From: Elsinoe ampelina | Taxonomy: Eukaryota | Direction: 5' to 3' | DNA: 64,000 nt | Assembly: GCA_010093995.1 (NCBI GenBank) | Contig: ML992502.1 | Coordinates: forward strand, 2,364,728-2,428,727 | In this document: positions 34,580 through 46,897 of the stretch, one piece after another | Layout of the letters: every line of letters begins with the position of its first letter | Numbering within the stretch: the stretch's first letter is position 1 | Notes under the pieces: model-generated | Seen by the model: the letters and a program-made list of their open reading frames with translations, nothing else | Databases searched by the model: none | Told to the model about the DNA's origin: nothing | Made by a program: the position numbers and the translations under genes

Positions 34580-35380
34580 CTACATGACCGTGCACTTGCA
34601 GCAGCCAGCGTCTTGGTCCGCATCTTGCACACCCATCTCTTTGCTGGGCTTGCCATTCGCACCGCCCTGTGCACCACCTGGACCGCCGGTGATTTCCCTG
34701 TTGTACTTGCGAATCTCTCGGACAATGTCGTAGAAAGCGTTCTCGACGTTGATGCGCGATTTGGCAGAGGTCTCGATGAAGCGGCAGCCAAAGTCCCGGG
34801 CGAGTTTACGGCCCTCTGAATAATTGTCAGTAAAGTGAGACGCAGAAGAGTGAATGGGTGCTCTTACCCTCAGTCGACACCTCACGCTCTCCCTCGAGAT
34901 CGCACTTATTGCCAACAACAATGATTGGGAAATAATCCTTGTCTTTGACGCGGAGAATCTGCTGTTGGAAGACTCGGATTTCCTCGAATGATTGTCGCGA
35001 GGTGATGCTGTAGACGAGGAGGAAACCTTCGCCCGTCCGCATGTATTGCTCTCTCATGGCCGAGTATTCCTCTTGGCCAGCAGTATCGAGGACATCGAGG
35101 AGAGCAACCTCTTCATCGATGACGCACTGCTTGCGGTAAGAGTCTGGATATGTGTCAGTCCTTGATGCCCATTGCCATGCTCTTATTCCTGGACGCACCC
35201 TCGATAGTCGGATCATATTCGTCGACGAAGTGAGATTGGATCAGCTGGATGGTCAAGCAAGACTTTCCGACACCACCACCGCCAACGACCACCAGCTTGT
35301 ACTCTCGGAGAAACTGTGACAAGATCAGTGTCCTGCTGTGTGGCGACAGACATATTGTGTTGGCCAACCTTTGACGCCAT
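34580..35380 (-). CDS. RAS1: Ras small GTPase (Ras1/RasA), 3 introns
   Basis: [45 protein letters not shown]-terminal CCKCTVM (palmitoylation plus CaaX). Confidence 0.97.
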
Positions 35381-37279
35381 GGTAGCTGTATCGCAAGGTG
35401 ACGATCCTGACCAGAGTTGGCAGAAGGATGGCGCTCAGGCTTTGGGGTATGTAGTGCGGTACGCGGACAGAAAGGGAGAGGTTGGAAGGGTGTTTTGTTG
35501 CCCGGTAACGTCGTTTGTTCGTCGGGAACAAGGATTGGATGTAGTCACAACGCCTCGGCGTGAATCGCCTGTGCTGGAAGTGGGTGGGTTGGGTAGGTGG
35601 ACTGGCAGAGGGTAAACGTTTGTCGCTGTTGTCGGCGCTGGTGCGAGGCGCAACGGACTCTTCCCGGGCCAATGACGATGCGCGACGGTACAATTGATGG
35701 GCTTTGAGGTGACGAGCTCGGGATTTTGGGTTGGTGTGATGGAGTTGTGATGGAGGATAGCAGAGCTCTACTGGAAAGAAAGTAGGGCAGAGGATGACTT
35801 TAGGCCGGAGCAAGGTCCTCTCCAAAGTCACGGTCCACCAGGTGCCGCGATCCACAGTTGTTCTGCTCTGCTAAAGCCAGCTAAAGTGGAGGGACGGGAA
35901 GCATAGAAGGTTACCAAACATTCATCGTATCTGGAATCTGTCACGGCGGGCGATACTATGACCTGCAAGACGGCCGATAGCAGGCGACTGGGAGCGGCAT
36001 CTGTCACTCTCATGGTAGTACATGCACAGCAAATTATTCCCAATAATCCATGCAAAATCCATCGTGTCTGATGTCGCTATTGGCCTGCAAAAGTCAATTC
36101 CACGTTTGTGGCTGCATCTGTAGCGAATGGCCCTCGGTCGCCCGCAAAATGCCTGGCCCAGCCATCTGTCATCCCCCCCGAAAGATATGTCCCTGTTCAA
36201 TATAGACCAATACTGCCCCGACATGCCGCACGAATCGATGCCGCCCTCTTCCCGCTGAGATCCATCGACCTGCAGCAGCTCGAGGAGGAGGAACTTTCCA
36301 TGGCCATCTCCTTCTCCGTAAGATCAGCGCCAGCAGCTGCAAGCTCTCTGCCAATCTGCCAATCTCCTATGCTTCCGAGCTCATGGCGATCGACAGTCCG
36401 GCAGCGTCAGACAGATTGTTCCGGTAGTAGTCACGAACAGCTGCAGCCTCACCACGTGTGGCCTATGATTATTCTTCGCTGCGAGCAATTAGCCTTCCTA
36501 AACCGGCTAGTGATATTTTTCGCATCCTCAAGCCACGACAGGAAGCGTACCATTGTCAACTACACGCATAGCAGCTGGCCGTGGTACTTACCAAGCTCAA
36601 AGCCCAACTGCCAGCCATTTGGCATCTGTTCGTGTTCGCCGCCGGACTCCAGTCATAGACGCAACGGCTTGTACGTTGGGCTTAGACTCACGATTTTGGT
36701 TAGCTTTCGACTATTGCGCCGCAATGTCCATTCGTAGAGAAGCTATCGAATCTTCCTTGTATCTTCGACGTCTACCCGGTCCCACTTAACGAACCTGTCT
36801 CGGGAATCCATAAAGACCATCATTGACAATGCCGGCACGGCCAGGTAAGCTACAGGCTCAACTCCACCTGGACGAAGCTCTTGTCATCAGTCGAGATCGG
36901 CATCACTTTCTCTATGGAAGGCTCAGACATCAGATTACCTACCACATGTTGCAGTGACCACATGCGGCAATCGAGCACATGTCAAATTCCCCCACGAACC
37001 CAGAGCCTCGCACAGACTCTATAAATGTTCGCACCCGTTGGAACCGTCCCACTATCGGCTCCGCTTTGTCTCGCTCAACAACCCCGGATGAGAGCGACCG
37101 GATGACGGCCATAGCTCCTTGGTAGTCATGTAGTCCCACATCCCACATGCCAGATCATCTGAACCCAAATGTCACGTGCTGGATCGGGCAAGGCAGGGTG
37201 CAACAGCTTGAGAGGATAGATGCATGTCAATTCATTGCTGAGGAGATCTACTGGATCGCACTTCTGCTCACTCCACGGT

Positions 37280-39430
37280 CTACCAGCTGAATGCCTCCAC
37301 AGCCAGCCTCACATCTTTACCCTGTCGACCAACCCTCGCCACCGCGTCCCTCACATCATCGCAAAACGAAGGAGGGCCACAGACCACGACCCCAACCCTT
37401 TCCCCATTCCCAATCTCCTCTGCCAGGACAGTACCAAAGTCCCATCGTTCCCCTCCTGTTCTGAGCACGAACCCGTCCTTGCCCAACCCGCTCAGCACTC
37501 CACTGCTCCTGACGTCTTCTACCAGCGGCATGGACTCTTCTCTCGCAGACCAGTAGAGCTTCGTCCTGGGATGAGCGACCACAAACCCAGCGATGCCCGT
37601 GATACCAATGCCCCCTGCGAACAGCAGAAGCCTATCACAGTCCATGACTCCGCCTGGTAGTGACAGGTTCTGGTTGTGATAAGGACCCTCCAGCAATGCG
37701 GTCAAGCTGCCCGCCGCCAATGAAGCAGTAAGTCCTTTGTGCTTCCTGCAATACAGCCTAATGCCCACCACCTCTTTCTTGCTCGCCCTTGCAGCAGCGA
37801 CAGACATTCTCGGCGCCTTCTCCACATCCCCTGTCTCCGTCGGCGTAGCAGTCGACTCCGTATCCGACTCTTCCCCGGCCCCCTCTTTTTCAGCCAAAAC
37901 CGGCACCACCGAAAAAGGATGACACTCCCAGGGAAACCTCTTCCTCAAGCCCGGAAAATACGCATAAACATGCTGCCCAGGACTAAACCCCCACCTCACC
38001 CCCTCAATATCCACCCTAATCAACCCATCCCCCACCTCGGTCACCCTCGCCATCTTCCTCCCCTCCCTCACGATCCTCACCACCCTAACCACCCGATCAA
38101 AAAACCACACGCCAAACGCGGCATACAACCAATGCTGATACCCCCACTTCCTCTCAAAGAGCAACTCGACATGATACCACGACCCGACAAGCACAAACGC
38201 GGCCAAGACAACATGCAGCACGAGAAAAACCTCATAGCTCGCCCGCCGGAACCACAGCGTCGAAACGACACACATGCCCACTGCGAGAACCGTCGCGACG
38301 ATCCCCCACCGCCAATAAGGCGCCGTGGCCTCGGACTCGTACTCGCCCATGTGTTTATACAGCACCAACTCCAGCACCGAATGCAGTATGATCTGCAGCG
38401 TCAGCATGCGCGCCATCCATCTGTGCAACAATAGATACGTGGCGTGGCTCCAGCTGGTCAGGGCCAGGAGGAGGTTGTTCCTGCTTGCGAAGAGGATGGT
38501 GAGGGGGAAGAGAGCAAAGGCGAGCACGCCGGTGCGGTTGGCGATGTAAGCGAGGAGTTCGGATTTGGGGTCCGAGAAGTAGGCGTTGGGTGAGTGGGAG
38601 GTGTAGGGGAGGGCGGTGAGGAGGATGTTGAGGAGGAGGAAGAGGAGGAGGAAGAGCGTTTGGCCGGTGGTGGGGGCGTTGCCGAGGAGGTAAGGGAGGG
38701 GGAGGACGGACTGGGGGCGATTAGTGGGGGGAACGGGGGAGGGAGGGGATGGGCTTACGTGTTTTTTGATGAGGGCTGGGGTGATGATGTAGGGGCTGAG
38801 TTTAGCGGTGATGCGTGGGAAGAGGGGGAGGTAGAGGAGCCAGGTGACGAGGACGGGGAGGCCGGCGCCGACGAGGAGGAGGACGAGGCTGGGGTGGGTC
38901 AGTGGTAGTTGGGTTGGGTAGGGATGTTTGACTCACCCGAATCGAGAGTGCCATGTTTCTTGTTCTTCGAATGCTGAGAGGGCATTCACGTAGGACAAAT
39001 AGTCCTCGTCGTCGACCAGTCCGGTGAACGTCAATGGCTCGGAGGTGTTGACTGTGCGGGTGGGCGGGTTTGAAATCTCATGCAGAGCCTCTGCCCATGT
39101 CCATTTGGCAGGAATGGTCGCATCGCCGGTGGCTTTTGCGGCCCAGTACTTCTCGAGACGCCAGGCCTCGACGTTATCTGGTTCGCAACGTGACTCGATG
39201 CACCACGCCAGAGTTGTGAGGAACGAAGTGTCTTTGGCAAAGCAATCTGGTCCAGTTGCGGAGTGTCCATGACCACCAGAAGGGGCATGGCTCTCGTCGG
39301 TGCAGCTCAGATGGACGGATCCGAGAGGTCCACGGCATGAATGTGCGCAGAGAGGGTTGTACATCTCAATGCCCACGCCAATGAGGCCGTTAGCGGCGCC
39401 GAAAAGGCCCAGCAGGGCGAGAGATCGCAT
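37280..39430 (-). CDS. Ferric/cupric reductase-like transmembrane protein (FRE family)
   Basis: Signal peptide with Cys-rich N-terminus, heme His motifs (LLHRW...LHS, LH...WYH), PGQH, HPFS (FAD), EGPY, AGGIGIT (NADPH), CGP, C-terminal EAFSW; two introns near 38700-38940. Confidence 0.92.
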
Positions 39431-40612
39431 TTTGCTAATAGAAAATGCTCTTGCGAATGGTGATGAGATACACGAATGATCGACGAGACCCTGCAAGGTT
39501 CATACTTATTCTTGTACATGCCCGCTCTTACCTATGTATCGCCACGTTTCCACGTGAAGCAGACTTGCCCGTTCTGTGGCGTTTTTGGAGCAGCATTTAA
39601 CATGCTCAATCCACCGCGAAGTGCTTGGCAGCCAGCGGTGTGGTGGTAGGAACAGCGGAAAAGAAGCGGAAGAGGGTGAAGAACGGTAGAAAGTGCAGTG
39701 AGAAACATGCTCAATCTTCATGTGGCTGTCGATTTGAGTTGCGGCAGGGTCGCTCGCGCACATGGCTCGTCTGGGCATTGTTTCTGCAAGAATTCACTGC
39801 GGTCTCATTGGTCGTGCTGGGTAATCTTCTGCTCAAGGGAGGAGCATGTTATCGGGTCTGCTGCACTCTGTACCGTTCACTGTTGATGCTGTTGAGCATG
39901 CAGTGGCATGTGAGAGGGACCGAGAGAGGTAGAGGGGCCAGGGAGAATTCGGACTTCCTTTATTGGCTCCGGCTTGGCTCTGACTTGTTGAAGGAGGGTC
40001 AGCCCGATGCCCTACCAGGTCGGAGAGACCGTGTAGCGCGCGTCTATTCTGATAGTAAGCAGGTAGAGTCGTTCGTGAAGTCGTTTAACGAGAGATTTGC
40101 AGGTTGAGGTGGAGTCGGAGTCGAGGCCGAAAGTCAACCCTTCAGCTCCTCGCTGATCGACGACATCGGGAAGACATTCCTGACGATCCGCATGCGGGCA
40201 AGCATTGACGACGGGAAACACCTCGAGCAGTTCATCGCTGTCTTTCCATCCCTCAGACAACTCATCCGCTTGCGAGCAGGTCATTCCGGATGTTTTCCAG
40301 ACTTTCAGCACATGTCCTCGATTCACAGGCTGAATTCAACGCTTCGACGTTTTTGACAGGCCATTCCATCGCGATCTTCAGGCACACACACGTGTTCCTT
40401 GCTTCAAGCCCGGCCCACCCGCGACCAAGTTCCAGCGTAAAAGCGACGTCAGCATGCGGCATAGCAACGATATGCGCGAACGGCCAATGAATTGGCTTTT
40501 CATAGGTAAGGCTGCTTGCGGACGGGCTACAAGATAAGAAAAATTCTCCTTGTTGCTAGTATTGCACTCCCTTCACCATATTCCTGCCCTGCAAACTCAC
40601 CAGTTACACATC

Positions 40613-42182
40613 ATGGGCGAAGAGAGCACTCCAGAGAACTACACGTTGCTCCAAGGCTTCGAGTGGAACTGTCCAGCAGATGGCAAGCACTATGATCGTC
40701 TGAAAGCTCAAATACCGGCGCTGAAGGATATTGGCATTTCTAATCTGTGGCTACCGCCTGCCTGCAAAGCTTCAAGTCCAGAGGTACTACCACATCGATT
40801 TGGATTGCTGGCGAAACTAACAATCCTCAAAGGGCAATGGCTACGACATATACGACCTTTACGATCTCGGCGAGTTCGACCAGAAAGGATCTGTACGCAC
40901 GAAATGGGGTGACAAGGAAGCTCTCCTTGCGCTCTGCAAGACTGCGCGAGAAGCTGGCATCAACACATATCTCGACGCTGTCCTGAACCACAAAGCAGGC
41001 GCCGACAAGAAAGAGAAATGCCATGTAATCGAGGTTGACGCCGACAACCGGAACAAGGAGGTGTCGGACAGATACGAGATCACAGCATGGCTGGGCTTTG
41101 ACTTCCCCGGTCGTGGAGACAATTACAGCAAGATGAAGTACCACTGGTATCACTTCTCGGGCACCGACTATGACGCTGGGAACAACCGAAACGCAATCTT
41201 CAAGATTGCAAGCGAAGGCAAGAGCTGGAGCGAGACAGTCAGTGATGAGTCAGGGAATGCCGACTTTCTCATGTTTGCGGATATCGACTACAGCCACGAG
41301 GAGGTTCAAGAGGATGTGAAGAGGTGGGGTGCCTGGGTCGTCAAAGAGTTGGGGCTCAAGGGCTTCAGATTGGACGCCGTACAACACTTCAGCCAAAGGT
41401 TCACGAACGAGTGGATCGAGAGTGTCAACAAAGACGTCGGCGAGAAGCTGTTCTACGTCGGTGAATACTGGGACGGAGAAGCGCAGAATTTGTGCAATTG
41501 GCTGGACGAGACCGAGCACAAGATGAGTTTGTATGACTCGCCGCTACTCAACAAGTTCGCAAGCCTCAGCAAGGAGGAGAAGGGAGACCTGCGAAAGATC
41601 TTCGACGGTAGCTTGGTTGCAGTCAAGCCAGTCAATGCCGTCACCGTTGTACAAAACCATGACACACAAAAGGGCCAGACTGTGGAGACTCCCGTCGAAG
41701 GATGGATGAAGCCTCTCGCACACAGCTTGATTCTTCTCCGACAAGAAGGATACCCATGTGTCTTCTACGGCGACCTCTACGGAATCAAAGGAGACAACGC
41801 AGAGCCTCCCAGTTGCGGCGACAAGCTGGCCGACATCATCGCCGCCAGGAAACACTATGCCTACGGCGACCAGAATGACTACTTCGACAACGCAAACTGT
41901 ATCGGCTTTGTGCGACGAGGTACCAAAGACAGACCAGATGGTCTCGCTTGCGTCATGTCAAACGCAGATCCGGGTGAGATCCAGATGCACGTCGGACCCG
42001 AGCACAAAGGCGAGGTCTGGACAGATATTCTTGGATGGCAACAGGACCAAGTCACCATCGATGATGAAGGTAATGGAGTGTTCAAGACTCCTGGAGTCAG
42101 CGTCTCGATCTGGGTAAAGAAGGATGCTCAGCACAGAGACAAGTTTCCGGTCAACTTTGATAGCGACATCTACAAGTCGTAG
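40613..42182 (+). CDS. Intracellular alpha-amylase, GH13 (subfamily 5-like), 1 intron
   Basis: TLLQGFEW, NGYDIYDLYDLGEFDQKGSVRTKWG, DAVLNHK, GFRLDAVQH, VGEYW, QNHDTQ, GYPCVFYGD; no signal peptide; intron approx 40784-40832. Confidence 0.92.
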
Positions 42183-42489
42183 GAAGCCGCGGCTTACACA
42201 TTGTTTGGATTCTTGTTGTTCTACCAGCTTCGTACATAGACATTGCATATAGTGACACCCCAGAGCCGTCCCACACGTTTGATTATCCGATGCACGTTAT
42301 TTGGGATTGTATCCGATCTGCTTGTGTGGGAGGCACGATATCGATGTTCCAGGAAGGCTCATGCGTTCGCCGCGCTTGTGCGACCTTGAAGTTAGTACAT
42401 GTGCGGAGCTTAATTATGCCTAACGTACTTCTCTATGATGGGTCTACCAGCTCTCATCAACAACTCTACGAACGCCTAGTCATAACGCA

Positions 42490-43942
42490 ATGAAATCAGC
42501 GACGACATTCACCATACCATTCGCACCAGTCGAGCGCTGGAATACTGAAGATGTGATCGTACGATGCCCGTTCTGCAAGAAGACTCATAGGCACGGTTTC
42601 TCTGGCTACACGCACAACACCCGTGTAGCCCACTGTGGCATTCTCAACGCTCCCAATTATCAATTTCAATTCCCCTTTGATATTGTTGCAGGTCTTAGCA
42701 ATTATGAGGTGGACAAATTGACTGGATTCTTTGTCAGACTCGGATCGGTAGTGCCGCCGCAAGACGCAATCGAAATTGGGGACATGTTCCAGCAGCTGAA
42801 GATATGCTCAAACGAAGAGCCGAAGATACGGAAGTGGAATGATGCAACCGAGATGATCACGTATGGATTAGAGGACCGGGCTTTCGCACGCCTTCATGCG
42901 GAATTCGGGGGTCCCGAGACTGTCACCACCAAACGACTGAAATATGTGATGAGCCAAATGGTGCGAAATGGTGATGAAGACTATGTCGAGGCTTATTTGG
43001 AATCCAGCCCCGAAGCTGAGCTGTTCTTACATGGGACAGACGATGATGGTAACACCGCACTCATCATAGCAGCATGCGAGAGGTATCCTGCGGTCGTGAA
43101 ACTACTGCTCGAGCATGGATCAAGCGTGGACCACCAAAACACTCTGGGAAAGTCAGCTCTCATGGAAGCAGCTCTTTGGGCCCGGACCGACAACATTAGA
43201 TATCTTTTGGAGTACAACGCGAACAAGAATCTTGAAGACGAGAATAAACGAAGAGCGATCGATTTGGCCGAGGAAGCAGAGCACAACAAAGAAGAGCGAC
43301 ACCGCCGTGCCCGAGGGATCTACCGAGAGGTTGTATATGAAGCTGATATCCAACGGAGAGTAATCGTGGAGTTGCTGAGGGACGCGAGCCCACTGCTCAC
43401 CAGGTCATCCACACACGAACAATCATTTGAGGCTTATTTGTACCAGTTCCACGAACCGAGGAACCATACAATTGCTCGGTCCAGTCGCAGAGTACAGCGT
43501 TCCAAACTCACAGAAGACTATCGCCACACTGCAGAGACCAGACCCATACCCAATGATAGCAGCGATGAGCGGCTGGTCTCATCAGGACGATCTGGTTACC
43601 GTATCAGGGCGGGTGTGGTCTGACGAAGTGATGCAGCTTGCAGAAATTGTTCGATACCAGCTCCCAGCGAACTCTCGTCTTGATCAAGAGATGGAAGGAC
43701 GATACGCCGCATGCCATGCTGAGAAACAACTGATTGCATACTTTATTAGTCGTCACGTTCTCACCGGATCCGAGGGGGAGGGACTCCTTCAAAGAATAGC
43801 GCCTCCGGTCATGCTTCGCCGCGCGACGATTCTAGTGAGCAGGCCCCCATGTGATGACTGTGCTCAGTTCACGAGTTGCGTGAATAGACAGCTGGGGCTG
43901 GATCTCCGGATTATTGATAGTTCGGGTACGTGCAGAGCGTAG
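42490..43942 (+). CDS. Zn-finger + ankyrin repeat + Zn-dependent deaminase (SsdA/DYW-like) fusion, split by a +1 frame break near 43400-43460
   Basis: ORF1: VRCPFCKKTHRHG...RVAHC and ankyrin repeats (GNTALIIAA, GKSALMEAA). Overlapping ORF2: AAMSGWS, CHAEKQL, VSRPPCDDC. Confidence 0.75.
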
Positions 43943-44320
43943 GCGAAGCAGAGGCTACCTGCTTTCGTATGTGAAGTTCCTCAGGTCATGGTCGTCTTGG
44001 TCGTTCCCCGCGCTGGATTATTGTAGCAGTGTATGCGAGCCGAATTGAAACAATTTATTCCTGTACAGAATGTACAAAGAGGACAAGAAAAATTCTAGCC
44101 GAAGTCTGCACGAGGCATTCTTCGGACGCCAATGAAGTCGTGTCACGTGCACAGCGCGAACTCTGAATGGCTGCTCCTCCACATCTCCCCCGTTTCACCC
44201 TCGGAGAGAGTGGAGGAGCGAAAGCATCGCAGAAGTTCAACTACGTTCCGTTCGCGAAGTAAGTATCAGGTCTGTGACTACCCTCAGGCATTCAACCTAG
44301 CTTTCAATCATCCCTTCACC

Positions 44321-45047
44321 ATGTCTGCTGTGAATTACACCTTCGCTGACGAGCAAGCCTGGCGGAACCTCTCCTGGTCGTGGGCTACTTCGTATGATAC
44401 AAAGGTATGCACCTTCCAAGCCATCACCATGCGTGACTCAATAATACCACACGAGCCTCAAATCTATTAGAATTGGACTCTCCTCGAATCCATCACCACG
44501 CCTAAGGTCCAGACCATGTACTCGGGCATCGATCCACGTCTTGGAGACAAGACTGTATCAAAGGAGGAATACATTGGCCATTTCAGCTCGAAGGCGTCTC
44601 TTGGTGACGAAAGAAGTACTTCTCCCATTTACTTGTTCTTCCCTACATCATCTCCCAACGGAGATACCCCCTTATGGCTCCATTGACCTCTTCCTTGCTA
44701 GCGCCCACTAATCATCTTTCCGTCATCGATGTCTCTCCTATACTCCACTCCGCTCCATCCAGTAGGATCTCCCAGAAGACTAACATGTGACAGTCAAAAC
44801 CCAACACATCCTCGGCGCCGTCAAGTTCGACGTCACCGGCCCCGATACGGCGACAGGCAACTGGCAGATCCAAGCTGCGCACTATCGCACATTGGCATCT
44901 GGGGAAGTCAAGGAATGGACGTCAGCTTCGTATGTAGACCACTTGTACGAGAGAGTGGGAGGAGAGTGGAAGTTTGCAGGACTAAGACCGCACACGAAGC
45001 TGTGGGAGAGGGGCAGCGTGATATCTGTGATTGGGGAATTTGAGTAG
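44321..45047 (+). CDS. Scytalone dehydratase-like (NTF2/SnoaL fold) protein, 2 introns
   Basis: WATSYDTK|NW, LGD...KTQHILGA, QAAHYR, YERVGGEWKFAGLRP. Introns approx 44405-44470 and 44616-44793. Confidence 0.8.
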
Positions 45048-45126
45048 CCTGGTGTGGAAATTACATCTTGGGTATAGAAAAATAGACAGATCAAGAAGAA
45101 AAAACGCCTCGTCGGGTCTAAAGTGC

Positions 45127-46815
45127 TCATCCTCGTCTTCTCCCCTTCGATGAGCCTGGTTGTTTCCGTCGATCCTTCCCAGGTGGCGGTCCAGGTCGAC
45201 CCCAGTACCCGTTATGCTTCTCATCCATGGGTACCTCGTCGAGACACTGTGGGTGCTCAAAGTCTTGTTCGCTACCCATAGGCCAGATGGGGAGGAAGCA
45301 GATCTCGTCGACACTGCAGCCTCTGCATCGTTTCCAGGTGGTCCAGCCGAGCCATTGTCTGAGAGCTTGCAAGGTCTGGATTGCTTGCCTGTACGTTTCT
45401 GCTTTACCGGCAGTGTACAGTCCCTGGCAGACGGCGTGACATACCTCCTTGACCGCTTTGGCCGCCGTGCCGAGATCATCTGCCTCTCGCTCCACAGTCG
45501 CGGGCCAGAACTGCCTCGCGCACCGTTCGACCTCCTCCCCTTCATCCCTATGATCAGCATCGACAAACGGCCTCAACATCTCCATCACCTCCCCCTTCAG
45601 TGCCTCAAGCGTTCTCGCCTTCCCCGACGTCCAGCTCTCAATCCTATCCCCGTACCTCCCGACCACCATATCAACCACGCCCTGCCAATCGACCCCTTTC
45701 CCCCTCCCCTTCCTCCCTCCCAAGACCATCTCCCCCACCCTCCTCCCCACCTCCCCCCTCACCCCCTCATCCCCCACAACCCTCGCCCTCCCCTTCCCAT
45801 CCCACTCCACCGCCCCCTCTACCGCGAAACCACTCACCATCCCCTCATAATCCACCCTCACCCTCCCCCCTCCAATCCCATCATACCTCCTCGCCACCGC
45901 CCTATAGTACCCAAGCCCCTGCTCGCCCCGCCTTCGTCGCGGCGGCACCTCGGCGATCTTCTCCACGCGCAAGTGCTTCTCGAAATCGCAGAGTATGACT
46001 TCGAAGCCGCCCTCCATGCGCAGGAAACCGTCGATGCGCCCTTCCCAGAGTGTGGAGGCGAGCTTGCAGAGGTCGGCGGCGCGGCGGGCTTCGTCCATTG
46101 GGCCGGAGTGGGGGAGGGACGGGGAGGGGGATGGGGTAGGTAAGACGGGGCGTAGGATGAGGTCTTGGGTGTCGAGGGTGCCGAGGGTGGATTTGGCGGC
46201 GGATTGGCCGTCGAGGTAGAGGAGGTGCAAGGTGTGGAGGGTGTGGTAGGTGTGGAGGTAGCCTGGGCCTGGGCCTGGGCCGGGGCGGTCGGGACCGTCG
46301 GGATGGGATTGAGGCGGGCTGAGGAGAGGGTGTTGTTCTTGGTTGGCAGGGGAGGCGGGCGAGGGCGCGATGGGTTGTTGGGGAGGTGGTGCTGGGCGGC
46401 GCGGACGGTGGTTGCGTTGCCATGGAAGGTTGGGATGGTCGTGCCAGAGGCTGGGTTGTGGGGGGACGTCGTAGCCTTTGTCGTTGGGGTTGTCAAATGG
46501 TGGTGCGTGAGGCTCGTCGTCTTTGGGTGGTGGTCGACCCCGTGGTCTTGCGAACATGAGAGCGTGTTCAGGTTCGAAGGCGAGCCATTGGGTGCCGTTG
46601 ATGCGGGTGGGTGAGGAGGTGCCGTGGTAGAATTCCGTGCCGGCGGGGACTGTGGTGAGAAAGAAGGACATGCCATTGTGATTCAGAGAGGAGCCCCATT
46701 GGCGCATACTACTGTGGATGGCATTGAAGATGTGGTTGGCATTGGAGTTGGTGCCTAGTGCTTCGGTGGCTACCACCGCTGTCGCCAGCAGTATGGTTCC
46801 TTGAGCCACGAGCAT
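45127..46815 (-). CDS. Conserved fungal secreted protein of unknown function
   Basis: Signal peptide; NHIFNAIHSSMRQWGSSLNHNGMSFF, FYHGT, WLAFEPEHA, IDGFLRMEGGFEVILCDF, C-terminal WTTWKRCRGC...CFLPIWP; 562 aa intronless. Confidence 0.75.
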   Translation of the reverse strand: MLVAQGTILLATAVVATEALGTNSNANHIFNAIHSSMRQWGSSLNHNGMSFFLTTVPAGTEFYHGTSSPTRINGTQWLAFEPEHALMFARPRGRPPPKDDEPHAPPFDNPNDKGYDVPPQPSLWHDHPNLPWQRNHRPRRPAPPPQQPIAPSPASPANQEQHPLLSPPQSHPDGPDRPGPGPGPGYLHTYHTLHTLHLLYLDGQSAAKSTLGTLDTQDLILRPVLPTPSPSPSLPHSGPMDEARRAADLCKLASTLWEGRIDGFLRMEGGFEVILCDFEKHLRVEKIAEVPPRRRRGEQGLGYYRAVARRYDGIGGGRVRVDYEGMVSGFAVEGAVEWDGKGRARVVGDEGVRGEVGRRVGEMVLGGRKGRGKGVDWQGVVDMVVGRYGDRIESWTSGKARTLEALKGEVMEMLRPFVDADHRDEGEEVERCARQFWPATVEREADDLGTAAKAVKEVCHAVCQGLYTAGKAETYRQAIQTLQALRQWLGWTTWKRCRGCSVDEICFLPIWPMGSEQDFEHPQCLDEVPMDEKHNGYWGRPGPPPGKDRRKQPGSSKGRRRG

Positions 46816-46888
46816 GATTGTTCGTAGTCAAGAGGGTGGAGTACTTGCTGGAGAAAACATGATAGGTCCTACAGATATAAAGATCTTA

Positions 46889-46897
46889 ATCAGATAA
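46889..46897 (+). promoter_or_regulatory. Putative SreA/Sre1-type iron-responsive GATA box (ATCWGATAA)
   Basis: Exact ATCAGATAA ~75 bp upstream of the 46815 start codon, in the shared divergent promoter. Confidence 0.55.

Noticed and set aside
35400..37250. Short ORFs upstream of RAS1 (e.g. 36108-36737)
   Set aside because: No recognisable motifs or codon bias; likely long 5' UTR/promoter.
39500..40550. Short ORFs between FRE and the amylase
   Set aside because: No motifs or consistent splice structure; treated as divergent promoter region.
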